Assembly (NCBI GenBank): GCA_902611715.1
Contig: CACMAQ010000003.1
Coordinates: 1 to 62,266 of the forward strand
Direction of reading: 5' to 3'
Source of the DNA: an uncultured Pelagibacteraceae bacterium
GTDB taxonomy: Bacteria; Pseudomonadota; Alphaproteobacteria; Pelagibacterales; AG-422-B15
DNA length: 62,266 bases
Of this stretch, positions 8,986 through 19,688 are shown piece after piece. The translations under genes were made by a program, and so were the position numbers. Position 1 is the stretch's first letter, and each line of letters starts with the position of its first letter. The notes under the pieces were generated by a model. It had not been told where the DNA came from. It did not search any database and saw nothing but the letters and a program-made list of their open reading frames with translations.

Positions 8986-10854
8986 ATGACTAGTTATGAT
9001 GTTGTTGTAGTTGGAGGAGGGCATGCTGGCTGTGAAGCTGCGACTACCTCTGCACGTGTTGGTGCAAAAACCCTCTTAATCAGCCATAAATTCGATACCA
9101 TTGGTGAGATGTCCTGTAACCCTGCAATCGGTGGTCTTGGTAAGGGCCATTTAGTAAGGGAAATCGATGCTCTGGACGGAATAATGGGGCATATAGCTGA
9201 TTTATCAAGTATTCAATATAGATTACTCAACAGAACAAAAGGCCCTGCAGTAAGAGGACCAAGAGCTCAATCGGATAGAAAGCTCTATAAAAAACACATG
9301 CAGGAGGAGATTGAAAATACAGAAAATTTAGAACTCTTGTTTGACCCTGTAGAAGATTTAATTTTTGATAATAATAAACAAATTGCTGGTGTGATTTGCG
9401 CAAGTGGTAAAAAAATATCTACCAAAAAAGTTATCATTACAACTGGTACATTTTTGAATGGCTTAATCCACTTAGGTGACAAAACTATTCCGGCTGGAAG
9501 ACATGGAGATTCTCCCTCAATAGGACTTGCAGACTCACTCTATAAAACTGGCTTTAACATTGGACGTTTAAAAACTGGGACACCTGCGAGACTGGATAAA
9601 AATACAATTGACTTTTCTAAACTTGAAAAACAGGAAGCCGACGATGAGCACTCTTACTTTTCATTTTTAACCACAAAAACTCATAATGAACAATTACCGT
9701 GCCACATGACGTATACAAATGAGGCCGTTCACAAAATAATTGAAAAAAATATAACAAAATCAGCTATTTACTCAGGTCAAATCAGTGGAACAGGGCCGAG
9801 ATATTGTCCTTCTGTAGAAGATAAAGTTGTAAAATTTGCAGATAAATTGAGGCATCAAATTTTCTTAGAACCAGAAGGACTTGATAGTGATTTAATATAT
9901 CCAAATGGAATCTCAACTTCACTCCCGCCAGATGTGCAGGACGAATTCATAAGTAAAATCAATGGTTTAGAGAACGCTAAAATAGTAAGGCACGGTTATG
10001 CAATTGAATATGATTTTATTGATCCACAAGAACTTTACCAAACATTGGAAACAAAAAGAATAAAAGGTCTTTATCTTGCTGGTCAAATAAACGGCACAAC
10101 AGGTTATGAGGAAGCTGCTGCGCAAGGGCTTGTAGCGGGTTTGAATGCTGCAATTTCCCTAAGTAATAAAGAACATGTTTTTTCAAGAAACGACTCATAC
10201 ATTGGTGTAATGATAGATGATTTAACCCTAAAAGGGGTTACTGAGCCTTACAGAATGTTCACTTCTAGGGCAGAATACAGACTGTTATTAAGAGCAGATA
10301 ATGCAGACTTAAGATTAACAGAGATTGGCCACAATTTAGGTTTAGTTGGCTCTGATAGATATCAAAAATATTCAGCTAAAAAAATTGAACTAGATAAAGT
10401 AAATAAAATTGTTAAAAATCAATATGTTACGCCTAACGCGCTTTCAAAAATTGGAGTTCAAATTAACCAAGATGGCAAAAAAAGATCAGCTTTCGACTTA
10501 TTAGCTTATCCTAACATTGATATTGATAAAATAGATGAGATCTTTGACTTAAATCTAAAGCAATATAGCAATGAAATTCTTGATCAAATAACAACAGAGG
10601 CTCATTACAAAGGCTATCTTAAAAAGCAAGAAAGTGAGATCATTTCACTTACAAAAGAGGAAAAAGTTGAAATTCCACCTAATCTTAAATACGAATTAAT
10701 TCCCAGTTTATCAACAGAAATCGTTGAAAAACTAACAAAAATTAAGCCTAAAAACTTATCTCAAGCATCAAGAATTGATGGAGTTACGCCTGCAGCTCTC
10801 AGTGTTATTTTATCATATATAAAAACAAAAGCTAAATCACAAAAACTAGCTTAA
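8986..10854 (+). CDS. mnmG: tRNA uridine 5-carboxymethylaminomethyl modification enzyme MnmG (GidA)
   Basis: 622 aa with FAD motif [11 protein letters not shown]. Conserved across the whole length. Confidence 0.95.
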   Translation: MTSYDVVVVGGGHAGCEAATTSARVGAKTLLISHKFDTIGEMSCNPAIGGLGKGHLVREIDALDGIMGHIADLSSIQYRLLNRTKGPAVRGPRAQSDRKLYKKHMQEEIENTENLELLFDPVEDLIFDNNKQIAGVICASGKKISTKKVIITTGTFLNGLIHLGDKTIPAGRHGDSPSIGLADSLYKTGFNIGRLKTGTPARLDKNTIDFSKLEKQEADDEHSYFSFLTTKTHNEQLPCHMTYTNEAVHKIIEKNITKSAIYSGQISGTGPRYCPSVEDKVVKFADKLRHQIFLEPEGLDSDLIYPNGISTSLPPDVQDEFISKINGLENAKIVRHGYAIEYDFIDPQELYQTLETKRIKGLYLAGQINGTTGYEEAAAQGLVAGLNAAISLSNKEHVFSRNDSYIGVMIDDLTLKGVTEPYRMFTSRAEYRLLLRADNADLRLTEIGHNLGLVGSDRYQKYSAKKIELDKVNKIVKNQYVTPNALSKIGVQINQDGKKRSAFDLLAYPNIDIDKIDEIFDLNLKQYSNEILDQITTEAHYKGYLKKQESEIISLTKEEKVEIPPNLKYELIPSLSTEIVEKLTKIKPKNLSQASRIDGVTPAALSVILSYIKTKAKSQKLA

Positions 10855-10864
10855 TATCAAAATA

Positions 10865-11488
10865 ATGATTGATTCGCCTGATGCTCTAAAAGAGCTCTTG
10901 CCAAATGTTTCACGTGAAACAATTGAAAAACTGGCTGAATTCAGGGAAATGATTTTGGCAGAAGACCAAAGCTTATTATCAAAGAATGATAAAAACTTTA
11001 TCTGGATAAGACATTTCTATGATTCTTTAAGATTAGTTCAGTTTATAACTAACAATGGAAATGACATCATTGATATTGGCAGCGGTGCTGGCCTTCCAGG
11101 TATACCAGTTTCGATAATATTTGGCTCAAAAAACAAGGTTTTTTTGTGTGAAAATAGACCTAAAAGAGTATCGTTTCTTAACAAATGTATTGTTAACTTA
11201 GATCTTAAAAACACTGAAGTGATTCCCATTAAAGCAGAAAAAATTGAAAATAAAAAATTTGATATCATCTTAGCAAGAGCTGTTAGCCAATTAAATCATT
11301 TATTATCAATTAGTTATAATATATGCAAAAAAAACACTACATTGCTTCTGCATAAAGGTGTACATATAGATAAAGAGATCGTACAAGCTACTAAATGTTG
11401 GGATTTTACTCATGTATTGCATGAAAATGAAAGAGAAAAGGGTTCTTTTATTTTGGAATTAAAAAATATAATAAAATCAATAACTTAA
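10865..11488 (+). CDS. rsmG: 16S rRNA (guanine527-N7)-methyltransferase RsmG (GidB)
   Basis: 207 aa with SAM motif DIGSGAGLPGIP. Lies between mnmG and parA. Confidence 0.9.
   Translation: MIDSPDALKELLPNVSRETIEKLAEFREMILAEDQSLLSKNDKNFIWIRHFYDSLRLVQFITNNGNDIIDIGSGAGLPGIPVSIIFGSKNKVFLCENRPKRVSFLNKCIVNLDLKNTEVIPIKAEKIENKKFDIILARAVSQLNHLLSISYNICKKNTTLLLHKGVHIDKEIVQATKCWDFTHVLHENEREKGSFILELKNIIKSIT
10906..10921. other. parS: parS centromere-like site (ParB nucleation site), perfect consensus palindrome
   Basis: TGTTTCACGTGAAACA, read directly. It is identical to the canonical parS consensus and lies inside rsmG codons N-V-S-R-E-T, 567 nt upstream of parA. Confidence 0.85.
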
Positions 11489-12276
11489 TGAAAAATAAAA
11501 TAATAGCTATCTCAAATCAGAAAGGTGGAGTGGGAAAAACTACAACAGCAATAAACTTATCCACAGCCTTAGCCGCTATTGGGGAAAAAGTTTTAATCAT
11601 CGATCTCGACCCTCAAGGAAATGCGAGTACAGGTTTAGGTATAGATTATCAAAACAGAAATAACTCAATTTATGAAGTTCTCGCATCTCAATGCAATTTA
11701 TTTGATGCAATTCAAAATACAGAAATAGAAAATTTAAAAATCATTCCGTCTACTGTTGATCTATCAGGCATTGAACCTGAACTGGCCGAAGTAAACGACA
11801 GAGCGTTCACTCTTAAAAAAATTTTAATGGATCAAAATTCTTTAAATGATTTTAATTTCGTTTTTATAGATTGCCCGCCAGCTTTAAGTCTTCTGACTGT
11901 TATGGCAATGACTGCAGCGGACTCAATTATCGTACCGCTTCAATGTGAATTTTTTGCTTTAGAAGGCCTTAGTCAATTAATAAAAACCATTGATAGGGTA
12001 AAACAAAATCTTAATCAAAATTTAACAATCGACGGGATAGTACTAACAATGTTTGATGGAAGAAACAAACTTTCATCACAAGTTGCTGATGATGTTAAAA
12101 AACATTTAAGTCAACAAGTATATGAAACAATCATACCTCGTAATGTTAGAGTTTCAGAAGCACCTTCTTTTGGAATGCCTGCATTAATCTATGATCAAAA
12201 AGCTGCAGGTAGTCAGGCATATTTAAGATTAGCAGACGAAATCATAAGACAAAATAAAGATCAGGAGGCCGCTTAA
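11488..12276 (+). CDS. parA: Chromosome partitioning ATPase ParA (Soj)
   Basis: 262 aa with deviant Walker A NQKGGVGKTTT. TAATG junction with rsmG. Confidence 0.9.
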   Translation: MKNKIIAISNQKGGVGKTTTAINLSTALAAIGEKVLIIDLDPQGNASTGLGIDYQNRNNSIYEVLASQCNLFDAIQNTEIENLKIIPSTVDLSGIEPELAEVNDRAFTLKKILMDQNSLNDFNFVFIDCPPALSLLTVMAMTAADSIIVPLQCEFFALEGLSQLIKTIDRVKQNLNQNLTIDGIVLTMFDGRNKLSSQVADDVKKHLSQQVYETIIPRNVRVSEAPSFGMPALIYDQKAAGSQAYLRLADEIIRQNKDQEAA

Positions 12277-13136
12277 TGAGTTCATCAATTTCAAAAAAAG
12301 GTTTAGGCCGTGGTCTCTCATCCCTCATGGGTGATACAAAAGAAATTTCAACACAAACAGAAACTTCAAATCAAGAAACAAAAATTTCAATTGCAAATCT
12401 TAAGCCAAGTCCATCGCAACCAAGAAGACTATTTGATAAAAATAGTATTAATGAACTGGCTGAGTCAATAAAATCAAAAGGTCTGGTACAACCCATATTG
12501 GTTAGACCTTCACCAACAGAGTCCGGAACATATGAAATCATTGCAGGTGAGAGAAGATGGCGAGCAGCTCAAATTGCACAACTCCATGAAGTTCCTGCTG
12601 TCGTCAGAAAACTAAACGATACAGAAGCTTTAGAAATAGCAATTATTGAAAATGTTCAACGTTCAGATCTATCTCCCATTGAAGAAGCTGCTGGATATAA
12701 AAGATTAATTGAAAACCACAGCCACACCCAAGAAGCTCTAGCAGAAATTGTAGGTAAAAGTAGAAGTCATATTGCAAATATAATTAGATTACTCAGTTTG
12801 CCTCAATCAATTCAAGATATGATTTCAGAGGGAAAAATTTCATCAGGTCATGCTCGAGCTATTATGAATAGTGCTTTTCCAGAACAACTAGCAGAAAAAA
12901 TTGTAAGCGAAAATTTAAGCGTAAGAGCCGCAGAAAACCTCGCTAAACAGAGAAAGCCAGGAGTTAAGAAAGTTAAGTTAAAAGACCCAGATACTATTGA
13001 TTTAGAAAATAACTTAACAGCAAAGCTCGGATTAATTGTATCGATTGATCACAAAGGAAGAAAAGGTGGTTCAATTAAAATAGAGTATAAGTCACTTGAT
13101 CAATTAGAATTAGTAACTGCAAAATTAAAAAATTAG
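12276..13136 (+). CDS. parB: Chromosome partitioning protein ParB (Spo0J)
   Basis: 286 aa with KGLGRGLSSL, the ParB box EIIAGERRWRAA and an HTH segment. Confidence 0.9.
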   Translation: MSSSISKKGLGRGLSSLMGDTKEISTQTETSNQETKISIANLKPSPSQPRRLFDKNSINELAESIKSKGLVQPILVRPSPTESGTYEIIAGERRWRAAQIAQLHEVPAVVRKLNDTEALEIAIIENVQRSDLSPIEEAAGYKRLIENHSHTQEALAEIVGKSRSHIANIIRLLSLPQSIQDMISEGKISSGHARAIMNSAFPEQLAEKIVSENLSVRAAENLAKQRKPGVKKVKLKDPDTIDLENNLTAKLGLIVSIDHKGRKGGSIKIEYKSLDQLELVTAKLKN

Positions 13137-14158
13137 TTTCTGAAGTAATTTCGTCCACTATCTGCTACGAGCAATATTGATCTTTCGCAGTTTAAAGTAG
13201 CTAAATTGCTATTTAATTTACAAGAAACCTCCGTTTCCAAAAGTTTGAATAAATTAGTTTCAATGCTTGACAATGGCCATTTGTGACAATGTCGTTCAAA
13301 ATTATCTTTATCTTTCCAGAACACTGGAGGTCTGAGACTTTTTATAGCAACATCAAAGTTGCTACCCTTTTTCATCTCTATTTTCGTTTTTTGCACTCTT
13401 AAGATGTAATTTGATAAACTTCTTACAAGGCTAATTGGACTTGCTCCTTCTGTTAGTAATTTGTTTACTATTTTGGAACTTTTATTTGTATTCCCAAACA
13501 TGACATATTCATTCATTTTATTTAAGTTTTGAGAGCTTGAATCATTGAGTAAAATTCTAATTTCCTCTAACTTAATTTTTGACTTAGAGTTTTTATAAAA
13601 CAGTGCAATTTTTTCAAGTTCACGTTTGCTTATCATTCGGTCATTACTTAACGATTGAAGTAAGTAATTTTTTATATCACGGCTTAGTTCAATACTGTTT
13701 TTTCTTGCGAATTCATCAATACTTTTCATCATTGAACGGCCGTCGTCTTCGTAACATGCAAGCGAATAACAACTTTTGTTTTCCTCAAAAAATTTTCTGA
13801 TCTTTGAGGATTTACTCAAATTACCTTCTTTTATAACGAGTACTGCTTTTTCAGGTGCTTTTAAAACAATTTCTTCAATAACGCTCAAGTGTTTATCTTT
13901 TATTGAGTCGGCTATGACGATTTTGTTTTTGAAGAACATAGAAACTGATCTGAGAATTGCTTCAAGAGATCCTGCGTCATCGTCCAAATCTTTTCCATTA
14001 AAACTGATTTCTTCGTAATCACCTTTAGATAAATAATCTTTAGCTAATTTTTCTATCTGTTCTCTAACAAGGCCCTCATTTGGACCATATATTAAAATAT
14101 TTAAAAACTTCTCACTGCCTCTGACAATTTTTTCTATTTGATGTTCCTTAATGATCAT
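13133..14158 (-). CDS. holA: DNA polymerase III subunit delta
   Basis: 341 aa with a delta-subunit-like N-terminal domain (ILIYGPNEGL). It is the last gene of the conserved leuS-lptE-holA arrangement. Its stop overlaps the parB stop. Confidence 0.8.
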   Translation of the reverse strand: MIIKEHQIEKIVRGSEKFLNILIYGPNEGLVREQIEKLAKDYLSKGDYEEISFNGKDLDDDAGSLEAILRSVSMFFKNKIVIADSIKDKHLSVIEEIVLKAPEKAVLVIKEGNLSKSSKIRKFFEENKSCYSLACYEDDGRSMMKSIDEFARKNSIELSRDIKNYLLQSLSNDRMISKRELEKIALFYKNSKSKIKLEEIRILLNDSSSQNLNKMNEYVMFGNTNKSSKIVNKLLTEGASPISLVRSLSNYILRVQKTKIEMKKGSNFDVAIKSLRPPVFWKDKDNFERHCHKWPLSSIETNLFKLLETEVSCKLNSNLATLNCERSILLVADSGRNYFRN

Positions 14159-14626
14159 CTATCTTGAAATACTACTTTGAATCCTAGAAGTCATAATTTG
14201 GATAGCATTTTTAGTTGCGATCTTGGCCATATGTTTTCTAGTATCTTCATTGACGATTTCTGATTCGGTAACATCGTATTGCGCAAAACCACGAGTAGTA
14301 CCAGTAGAAATGATTTCATTGACAACTATTTCTACCAGTTCGTACTCAATTTCAATTTCAATTCTATATTTCGCTACTGTTCCGTTAGTGTTTACAATTA
14401 ATGGGGCTAAATCTTCATATATTTTAAGAAGCACTTTATACTTTTGATTTTCACCTTGAACGATATTGCTATTCACTTCCTCAATAATTTCTCTTGCAAC
14501 TTGGTTAGTAACCTCAATAGAATAACCATCTAAGTTAATATCATCGCTTGAAATCTTATAAATTGGTTTAAAACCACAACCAAAGAGTATTAAAGATATT
14601 GCTAAAGCTGCGTACAGTTTAGTCAT
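14159..14626 (-). CDS. lptE: LPS-assembly lipoprotein LptE (RlpB-like)
   Basis: 155 aa with lipobox L-F-G-C at residues 14-17. Size and position directly upstream of holA fit LptE. Sequence similarity was judged by context only. Confidence 0.65.
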   Translation of the reverse strand: MTKLYAALAISLILFGCGFKPIYKISSDDINLDGYSIEVTNQVAREIIEEVNSNIVQGENQKYKVLLKIYEDLAPLIVNTNGTVAKYRIEIEIEYELVEIVVNEIISTGTTRGFAQYDVTESEIVNEDTRKHMAKIATKNAIQIMTSRIQSSISR

Positions 14627-16329
14627 GATCTAAGTTCCGATAACATTTCTGACAAATAGTTTTCATATTTTTTCCACGCGCCAATAGACTTATTATTCAT
14701 AGGTTTTCTTACCTGTTCTATGCTAGCAGTCCTAACTTGCCTCTTGTTTTTGTGAAATTCCAGACATTGTTTTTCCCAACTGAGATCACAAAAATCAATC
14801 AATTTTTTTGATATTGCTTCCTGATTATTAACCAATTCTTCGTTATCTAAAACGAAAATGTCATCGGTATAATTTTTAAGCCAAAATTCCATAATGTCCT
14901 GGTGAAGTTTATAATATTCTACCAATATCTTTTGATTGTATGAGTATTGGTGCGAGACATCTATAAATTTATGCGAATATAATGAAAAACAATTATCCAT
15001 CGGGTCTCTTTTGCAATAAATAATTTTTGCTTCAGGTAAAATCAGTTTTATTAACCCAATGAATAAAAAATTATGGGGCATTTTATCACAAATATACAGA
15101 GAATCATTTTTGTCACGTTGCGCTAATCTCTCAAGATACTTATTACGGACTAACTTCAAACTATTCTTTGATTTCAGAAATTTTTCAAAATGTTTTATTT
15201 CTTTTTTGGTTGGTTGAATTAGACGCGTATCAGTTTCCTCAGTTAAAAAATCTAGCTCTCCAGCACCGGTAACTTTTGAGTGAGAAGAGAGTATCTGTTC
15301 ACACAAAGTAGTGCCTGATCTTGGCATGCCACATACAAAAATAGGTATTTGCTTATTCAACCTCTCTTCACATATAAAATCTAATTTCCTTGAAAAAATA
15401 TCCTTTAGTTTTTCATAAAATTGCCTTTCGTGCCTTAGATCAAATTCTTTAATTGAGTACTGCGCATCATTACTCTTAATCAAACAAGACCCAGCTCTCT
15501 GATAATCTTTTTGATTTTTAAAATACTCAAAAAAAGAATAGTTAATCAATATCTTATCTTGAATACCAAGGTCTTCCCTTTCTAACTTTTCACTATAATA
15601 CTTAATATGTTTTTCGGTTAACTTGTTTTTTTTATCTTTTGTATAATCGATAAAATGAGAAACATTTTGATAGTCTTTTTTGAATAATTCAGTAGATAAT
15701 TTGTTTGCTTTCTTAAATTCACCTATTTCTCTATATGCTGTAGAAAGGTTGTATCTAATGTCATCATTATCAGGATAATTCTCAGCTAATTTTTCAAGTA
15801 AACCAATTGCTTCTTCTAGATCACCACTAATAATTAAAGCTTTTGCATATTGAACAAGTGCAAGTAGATTGTTTGGCTGAATTGTAAGCGATAACTTTGA
15901 ATAATGAAGTGCATTTTTTGGATCATGAACTTTATGAAAATAGGCTGCTAAATTGTTTATTGTTGGCACGTAATTAGAATTAATTCTAAAAGAATTCATT
16001 AAACACTTATGCGCTAATTCATAATTTTTGTTTAACATATGTATTGTTCCCAAGTTGCCCATCGCTTGAAAACCTTTTGGATTGACCTTCAGTGCTTCCA
16101 TAAAATAATTGTAAGCTTTTTCATTCTCATTTAAATCCTGGAAGAGAATGCCAAGATGTCTTAAAGCCTCGTAATTTGTAGGTTCACTCAATAGCACTCT
16201 ATTATAAAAAACTTCAGCTTCTTTATAGTTTTTTTTTGTATGCAGCTTGATGCCTTGAAGTAAATCTGGGTTGATAGTTTGACTTAGCTTGCCGCTTTTT
16301 TTCTGTCTTCTACGTTCGTGTCTGTTCAT
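14623..16329 (-). CDS. TPR-repeat protein fused to a PAPS-dependent sulfotransferase domain
   Basis: 568 aa. The N-terminal ~200 aa are TPR-like repeats. The C-terminal half has the 5'-PSB loop [19 protein letters not shown] and a 3'-PB-like [21 protein letters not shown] overlaps at both ends, with leuS and with lptE. Confidence 0.8.
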   Translation of the reverse strand: MNRHERRRQKKSGKLSQTINPDLLQGIKLHTKKNYKEAEVFYNRVLLSEPTNYEALRHLGILFQDLNENEKAYNYFMEALKVNPKGFQAMGNLGTIHMLNKNYELAHKCLMNSFRINSNYVPTINNLAAYFHKVHDPKNALHYSKLSLTIQPNNLLALVQYAKALIISGDLEEAIGLLEKLAENYPDNDDIRYNLSTAYREIGEFKKANKLSTELFKKDYQNVSHFIDYTKDKKNKLTEKHIKYYSEKLEREDLGIQDKILINYSFFEYFKNQKDYQRAGSCLIKSNDAQYSIKEFDLRHERQFYEKLKDIFSRKLDFICEERLNKQIPIFVCGMPRSGTTLCEQILSSHSKVTGAGELDFLTEETDTRLIQPTKKEIKHFEKFLKSKNSLKLVRNKYLERLAQRDKNDSLYICDKMPHNFLFIGLIKLILPEAKIIYCKRDPMDNCFSLYSHKFIDVSHQYSYNQKILVEYYKLHQDIMEFWLKNYTDDIFVLDNEELVNNQEAISKKLIDFCDLSWEKQCLEFHKNKRQVRTASIEQVRKPMNNKSIGAWKKYENYLSEMLSELRS

Positions 16330-18899
16330 GTTTTAACGACAATATTAAGTATTTTATTTGGAACATAGATTGATTTTATTATAGTTTTTTCTAATAGTGC
16401 ATCTTTTATATTTTTAATATTTTGCATTTCTTTTTTTACTTCATTTTCCGAGGAGTCTCTTAATACAACAACTTCCCCTCTTCTTTTGCCATTGATCTGA
16501 ATAACAACAGTCACTTCTTTATTCTCTAAATACTTTTTATTTACCTCTGGCCAAGGTTCATTGGTAATTGAACTAGTTCTGCCAGTGAGTGACCAACATT
16601 CTTCAGCTAAATGTGGTACCATGGGTTCTATAACCCTAATTAATATATATAGCGCTTCGGTTATCGCCAGTTTGTCTTTTTTATTGTTTATTTCAAATTT
16701 AGAAATTGCATTAACTATTTCAAAGATTCTTGCTATAGAAACATTCATCTGAAACTTTTCAATACTTTGAGTTATGGCATGAAGATTCTGGTGAATCGTC
16801 CTAATAAAAATTAAATTTTCTCCTTCATAATTTGGTGCAGCAGTTTCATCATTTCTTTCGAGAAATTTCTGGTTTTTTTTAACCAGAGTCCAAATTTTTT
16901 GGCATATTTTCCAAGCTCCATTGATTCCTGAATCTGTCCAATTGATATCTTTTTCAGGTGGACTGTCTGATAACATAAACCATCTAGCGGAATCGGCTCC
17001 GTAAGTGTCAATAATTGATTCTGGGTCAATCACATTTTTTTTTGATTTAGACATTGATTCAATCTCTCCCATAGTGACTTTTTCACCAGTGGATATTTGA
17101 AAATAATTAGTGTCTTTTTTCTCGACATCATTTGGGTAAACCCAAGCTCTCGATTCATTTTGGAAAGTATTATGACAAACCATGCCTTGAGTAAATAAGC
17201 TTTCAAAAGGCTCATCTATCCCCTGAATATCTAAAGCCTTTGTAAAGAACCTTGAATATAATAAATGTAAAATAGCATGTTCGACGCCCCCAACATATTG
17301 ATCAACTGGCATCCAATAATTAACTTCTTCTATATTGTAAGGCTCGTGGGTTTCAAGCGGTGAACAGAATCTTAAAAAGTACCATGCTGAGTCCACAAAA
17401 GTATCAAGTGTATCTGTTTCCCTTACAGCTTTCATTCCCGTGTCTGGGCACTTTGTGTATTTCCATGTTGGATGATTATCAAGAGGATTGCCTGGAATAC
17501 TTAAGTCAATATCATCAGGTAATTTTAACGGCAATTCATTTTCAGGAACTTCAATGACTTCACCGTCTTCTCTATACATTATGGGGATCGGGCAACCCCA
17601 ATATCTTTGCCTGGATACGCCCCAATCTCTGAGTCTGTAGTTTGTGGTTTTTTTTCCTATATTTAATTTTTCTATTTTTTTTATAATCTGATCTTTAGCT
17701 TCTTCAACAGAGAGATCATTTAAAAACTGAGAATTCATGAGTTTACCATTACCAGTGAAAGCATTCTTAAAATCAAACTCAGAATTATCTGCTGAATCAA
17801 TTACTTGAATTACTTCTAAATTGTATTTGTTAGCAAAATCTAAATCCCTTTGGTCGTGTGCAGGACAACCATAAATTGCGCCTGATCCGTAATCCATTAA
17901 AATGAAGTTAGCTATAAAAACAGGTAGTAGTTTATTTTCAATGAAAGGATGTTTTATATACAACTCTGTCTGAATACCCACTTTTTCATTTCGCGCGATT
18001 GACTCCTCACTGATTTTTTGTGATCTTAACTCATTAACTTGATCATTAAGGGGCTGGTTTGTTTTAATTAATTTGTCCACCAACGGGTGAAAAGGTGATA
18101 ATGCACAAAAAGTTGCTCCAAAAATTGTATCAGGTCGCGTTGTAAAAATTCTTAGCTTTTCCTCATTGAATTCATTTAATTTTGTTGATATTTCAAACTC
18201 AATTTCGCATCCAAAGGATTTACCAATCCAATTCTTTTGCATTGTTCTTACTTTTTCTGGCCAGCCTGGCATTTCATCCAATGCCTTAAGAAGATTATCT
18301 GCATAGTCTGTAATTTTAAAAAACCATTGTGAAAGTTTCTTTTGTTCAACTTCTGCACCAGACCGCCAACCCTTGCCATCAATGACTTGTTCATTTGCAA
18401 GTACTGTATTTTCTACAGGATCCCAATTTACAAGTGACTCTTTTTTATAGATTAAATTTTTTCGGTAAAATTCTAAAAATAGTTTTTGCTGATTCTGATA
18501 ATAAAGTTTGTCGCAGGTCGCAACTTCTCGAGACCAATCAATCGATAGCCCCATTTGCTTCAGTTGCCCTTTCATCGTTTCTATGTTCTCGTAAGTCCAA
18601 GCTTTTGGTGATGTATGATTTTCGATTGCGGCGTTCTCAGCGGGCAGTCCAAAAGCATCCCACCCCATTGGATGCATGACATTAAATCCTTGTGCTCTCT
18701 TATATCTCGCGATCACATCACCCAATGTATAATTTCGAACATGTCCCATATGAATTTTCCCTGACGGGTATGGAAACATTTCAAGAATATAATATTTTTT
18801 TTTACCCTCTATTATTTTGCTTTCAAATAATTGGTTGTCACTCCAATAGCCTTGCCATTTCTTCTCAATTATTTTTGAATTATATTTTTCGGACATCAA
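16326..18899 (-). CDS. leuS: Leucine--tRNA ligase
   Basis: 857 aa with HIGH-type motif [13 protein letters not shown] and KMSKS-type SMSKSKKN. Confidence 0.95.
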   Translation of the reverse strand: MMSEKYNSKIIEKKWQGYWSDNQLFESKIIEGKKKYYILEMFPYPSGKIHMGHVRNYTLGDVIARYKRAQGFNVMHPMGWDAFGLPAENAAIENHTSPKAWTYENIETMKGQLKQMGLSIDWSREVATCDKLYYQNQQKLFLEFYRKNLIYKKESLVNWDPVENTVLANEQVIDGKGWRSGAEVEQKKLSQWFFKITDYADNLLKALDEMPGWPEKVRTMQKNWIGKSFGCEIEFEISTKLNEFNEEKLRIFTTRPDTIFGATFCALSPFHPLVDKLIKTNQPLNDQVNELRSQKISEESIARNEKVGIQTELYIKHPFIENKLLPVFIANFILMDYGSGAIYGCPAHDQRDLDFANKYNLEVIQVIDSADNSEFDFKNAFTGNGKLMNSQFLNDLSVEEAKDQIIKKIEKLNIGKKTTNYRLRDWGVSRQRYWGCPIPIMYREDGEVIEVPENELPLKLPDDIDLSIPGNPLDNHPTWKYTKCPDTGMKAVRETDTLDTFVDSAWYFLRFCSPLETHEPYNIEEVNYWMPVDQYVGGVEHAILHLLYSRFFTKALDIQGIDEPFESLFTQGMVCHNTFQNESRAWVYPNDVEKKDTNYFQISTGEKVTMGEIESMSKSKKNVIDPESIIDTYGADSARWFMLSDSPPEKDINWTDSGINGAWKICQKIWTLVKKNQKFLERNDETAAPNYEGENLIFIRTIHQNLHAITQSIEKFQMNVSIARIFEIVNAISKFEINNKKDKLAITEALYILIRVIEPMVPHLAEECWSLTGRTSSITNEPWPEVNKKYLENKEVTVVIQINGKRRGEVVVLRDSSENEVKKEMQNIKNIKDALLEKTIIKSIYVPNKILNIVVKT

Positions 18900-18914
18900 T
18901 AAATCATCAAGGGC

Positions 18915-19454
18915 TTAAAGTTCTGAAGCGATTTTCAATGATCTTGCTGAAGATAAAATACTTTCTTTTATTTTTAAACTTTGTTCTGAATTAATTCCTT
19001 GGTCGATCCACCGGTCTTCATTTAACGATTGTGTGAATAAAGAAACGATTACACTTTCGTCGTTCATTTCTTGGTCAACTATACGTATATTAATTTTTAT
19101 CCTACTCTGACCATCATCTAGACTGTACCAATCTGTAACAATGACACCGGACATTGAGTCAACGGAAAGTAATGGCATAAAACTAATTTTGTCCAATGCC
19201 ACATTAAAAGTTATTGACTCTACATATGTATCTCCAGTTCCCAATCCCAATGCACCACGGAGAGTAAAGCCAGCACCTTCATCAAGCAAGGTGGATCCAG
19301 GCGGTAAATTGATATCTTCCTTTTTCATCTTTTCTGCCGTCGCCCTTTGTTTCTCTGTTTTGTAAGTTTCCTTGGGCTCATCCTGTAAGCTTTTAATTTG
19401 AGCACAGGAAACTAAAGAAATAAGTAGAAATGTTAAAATTAGCTTTATTTTCAT
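18915..19454 (-). CDS. Lipoprotein, DUF3576-like
   Basis: 179 aa with a signal peptide and lipobox LVSC. FMPLLSVDSMSGVIVTDWY resembles the DUF3576 core. The family assignment is from memory. Confidence 0.6.
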   Translation of the reverse strand: MKIKLILTFLLISLVSCAQIKSLQDEPKETYKTEKQRATAEKMKKEDINLPPGSTLLDEGAGFTLRGALGLGTGDTYVESITFNVALDKISFMPLLSVDSMSGVIVTDWYSLDDGQSRIKINIRIVDQEMNDESVIVSLFTQSLNEDRWIDQGINSEQSLKIKESILSSARSLKIASEL

Positions 19455-19560
19455 AAAAATTATTGAAATTTAGACAAAAAATTAGTTTTTAATATATTCT
19501 TTCAACCTTGAGACTGAATTAAACCATTTTTCTTCATTTTTCAATAAATTCTAATAGTTG

Positions 19561-19600
19561 CATAAATATCACATATACACATAAAAATGTGATATTTATG
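19561..19600. repeat. Perfect 14-bp inverted repeat with a 12-nt spacer, in the divergent promoter region
   Basis: CATAAATATCACAT (19561-19574) and ATGTGATATTTATG (19587-19600), read directly. It lies 89 nt upstream of the porin-like ATG and 107 nt upstream of the minus-strand lipoprotein/leuS unit. A possible -35 TTGCAT (19557-19562) overlaps the left arm. Confidence 0.8.
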
Positions 19601-19688
19601 AAAATACCTTTAATAAAATAAACTATTTTTGATAAAAGATGTTTAGTTAAATTTAACTATGATCAACTCTAATATGAAAGGAATTATT

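Noticed and set aside
19561-19600. Reading the inverted repeat as a CRP/FNR-type site because it contains TGTGA and TCACA
   Set aside because: The half-sites are in the opposite order (TCACA...TGTGA, about 14 nt between cores) from the CRP arrangement TGTGA-N6-TCACA. The repeat is kept as an unassigned operator or hairpin instead.
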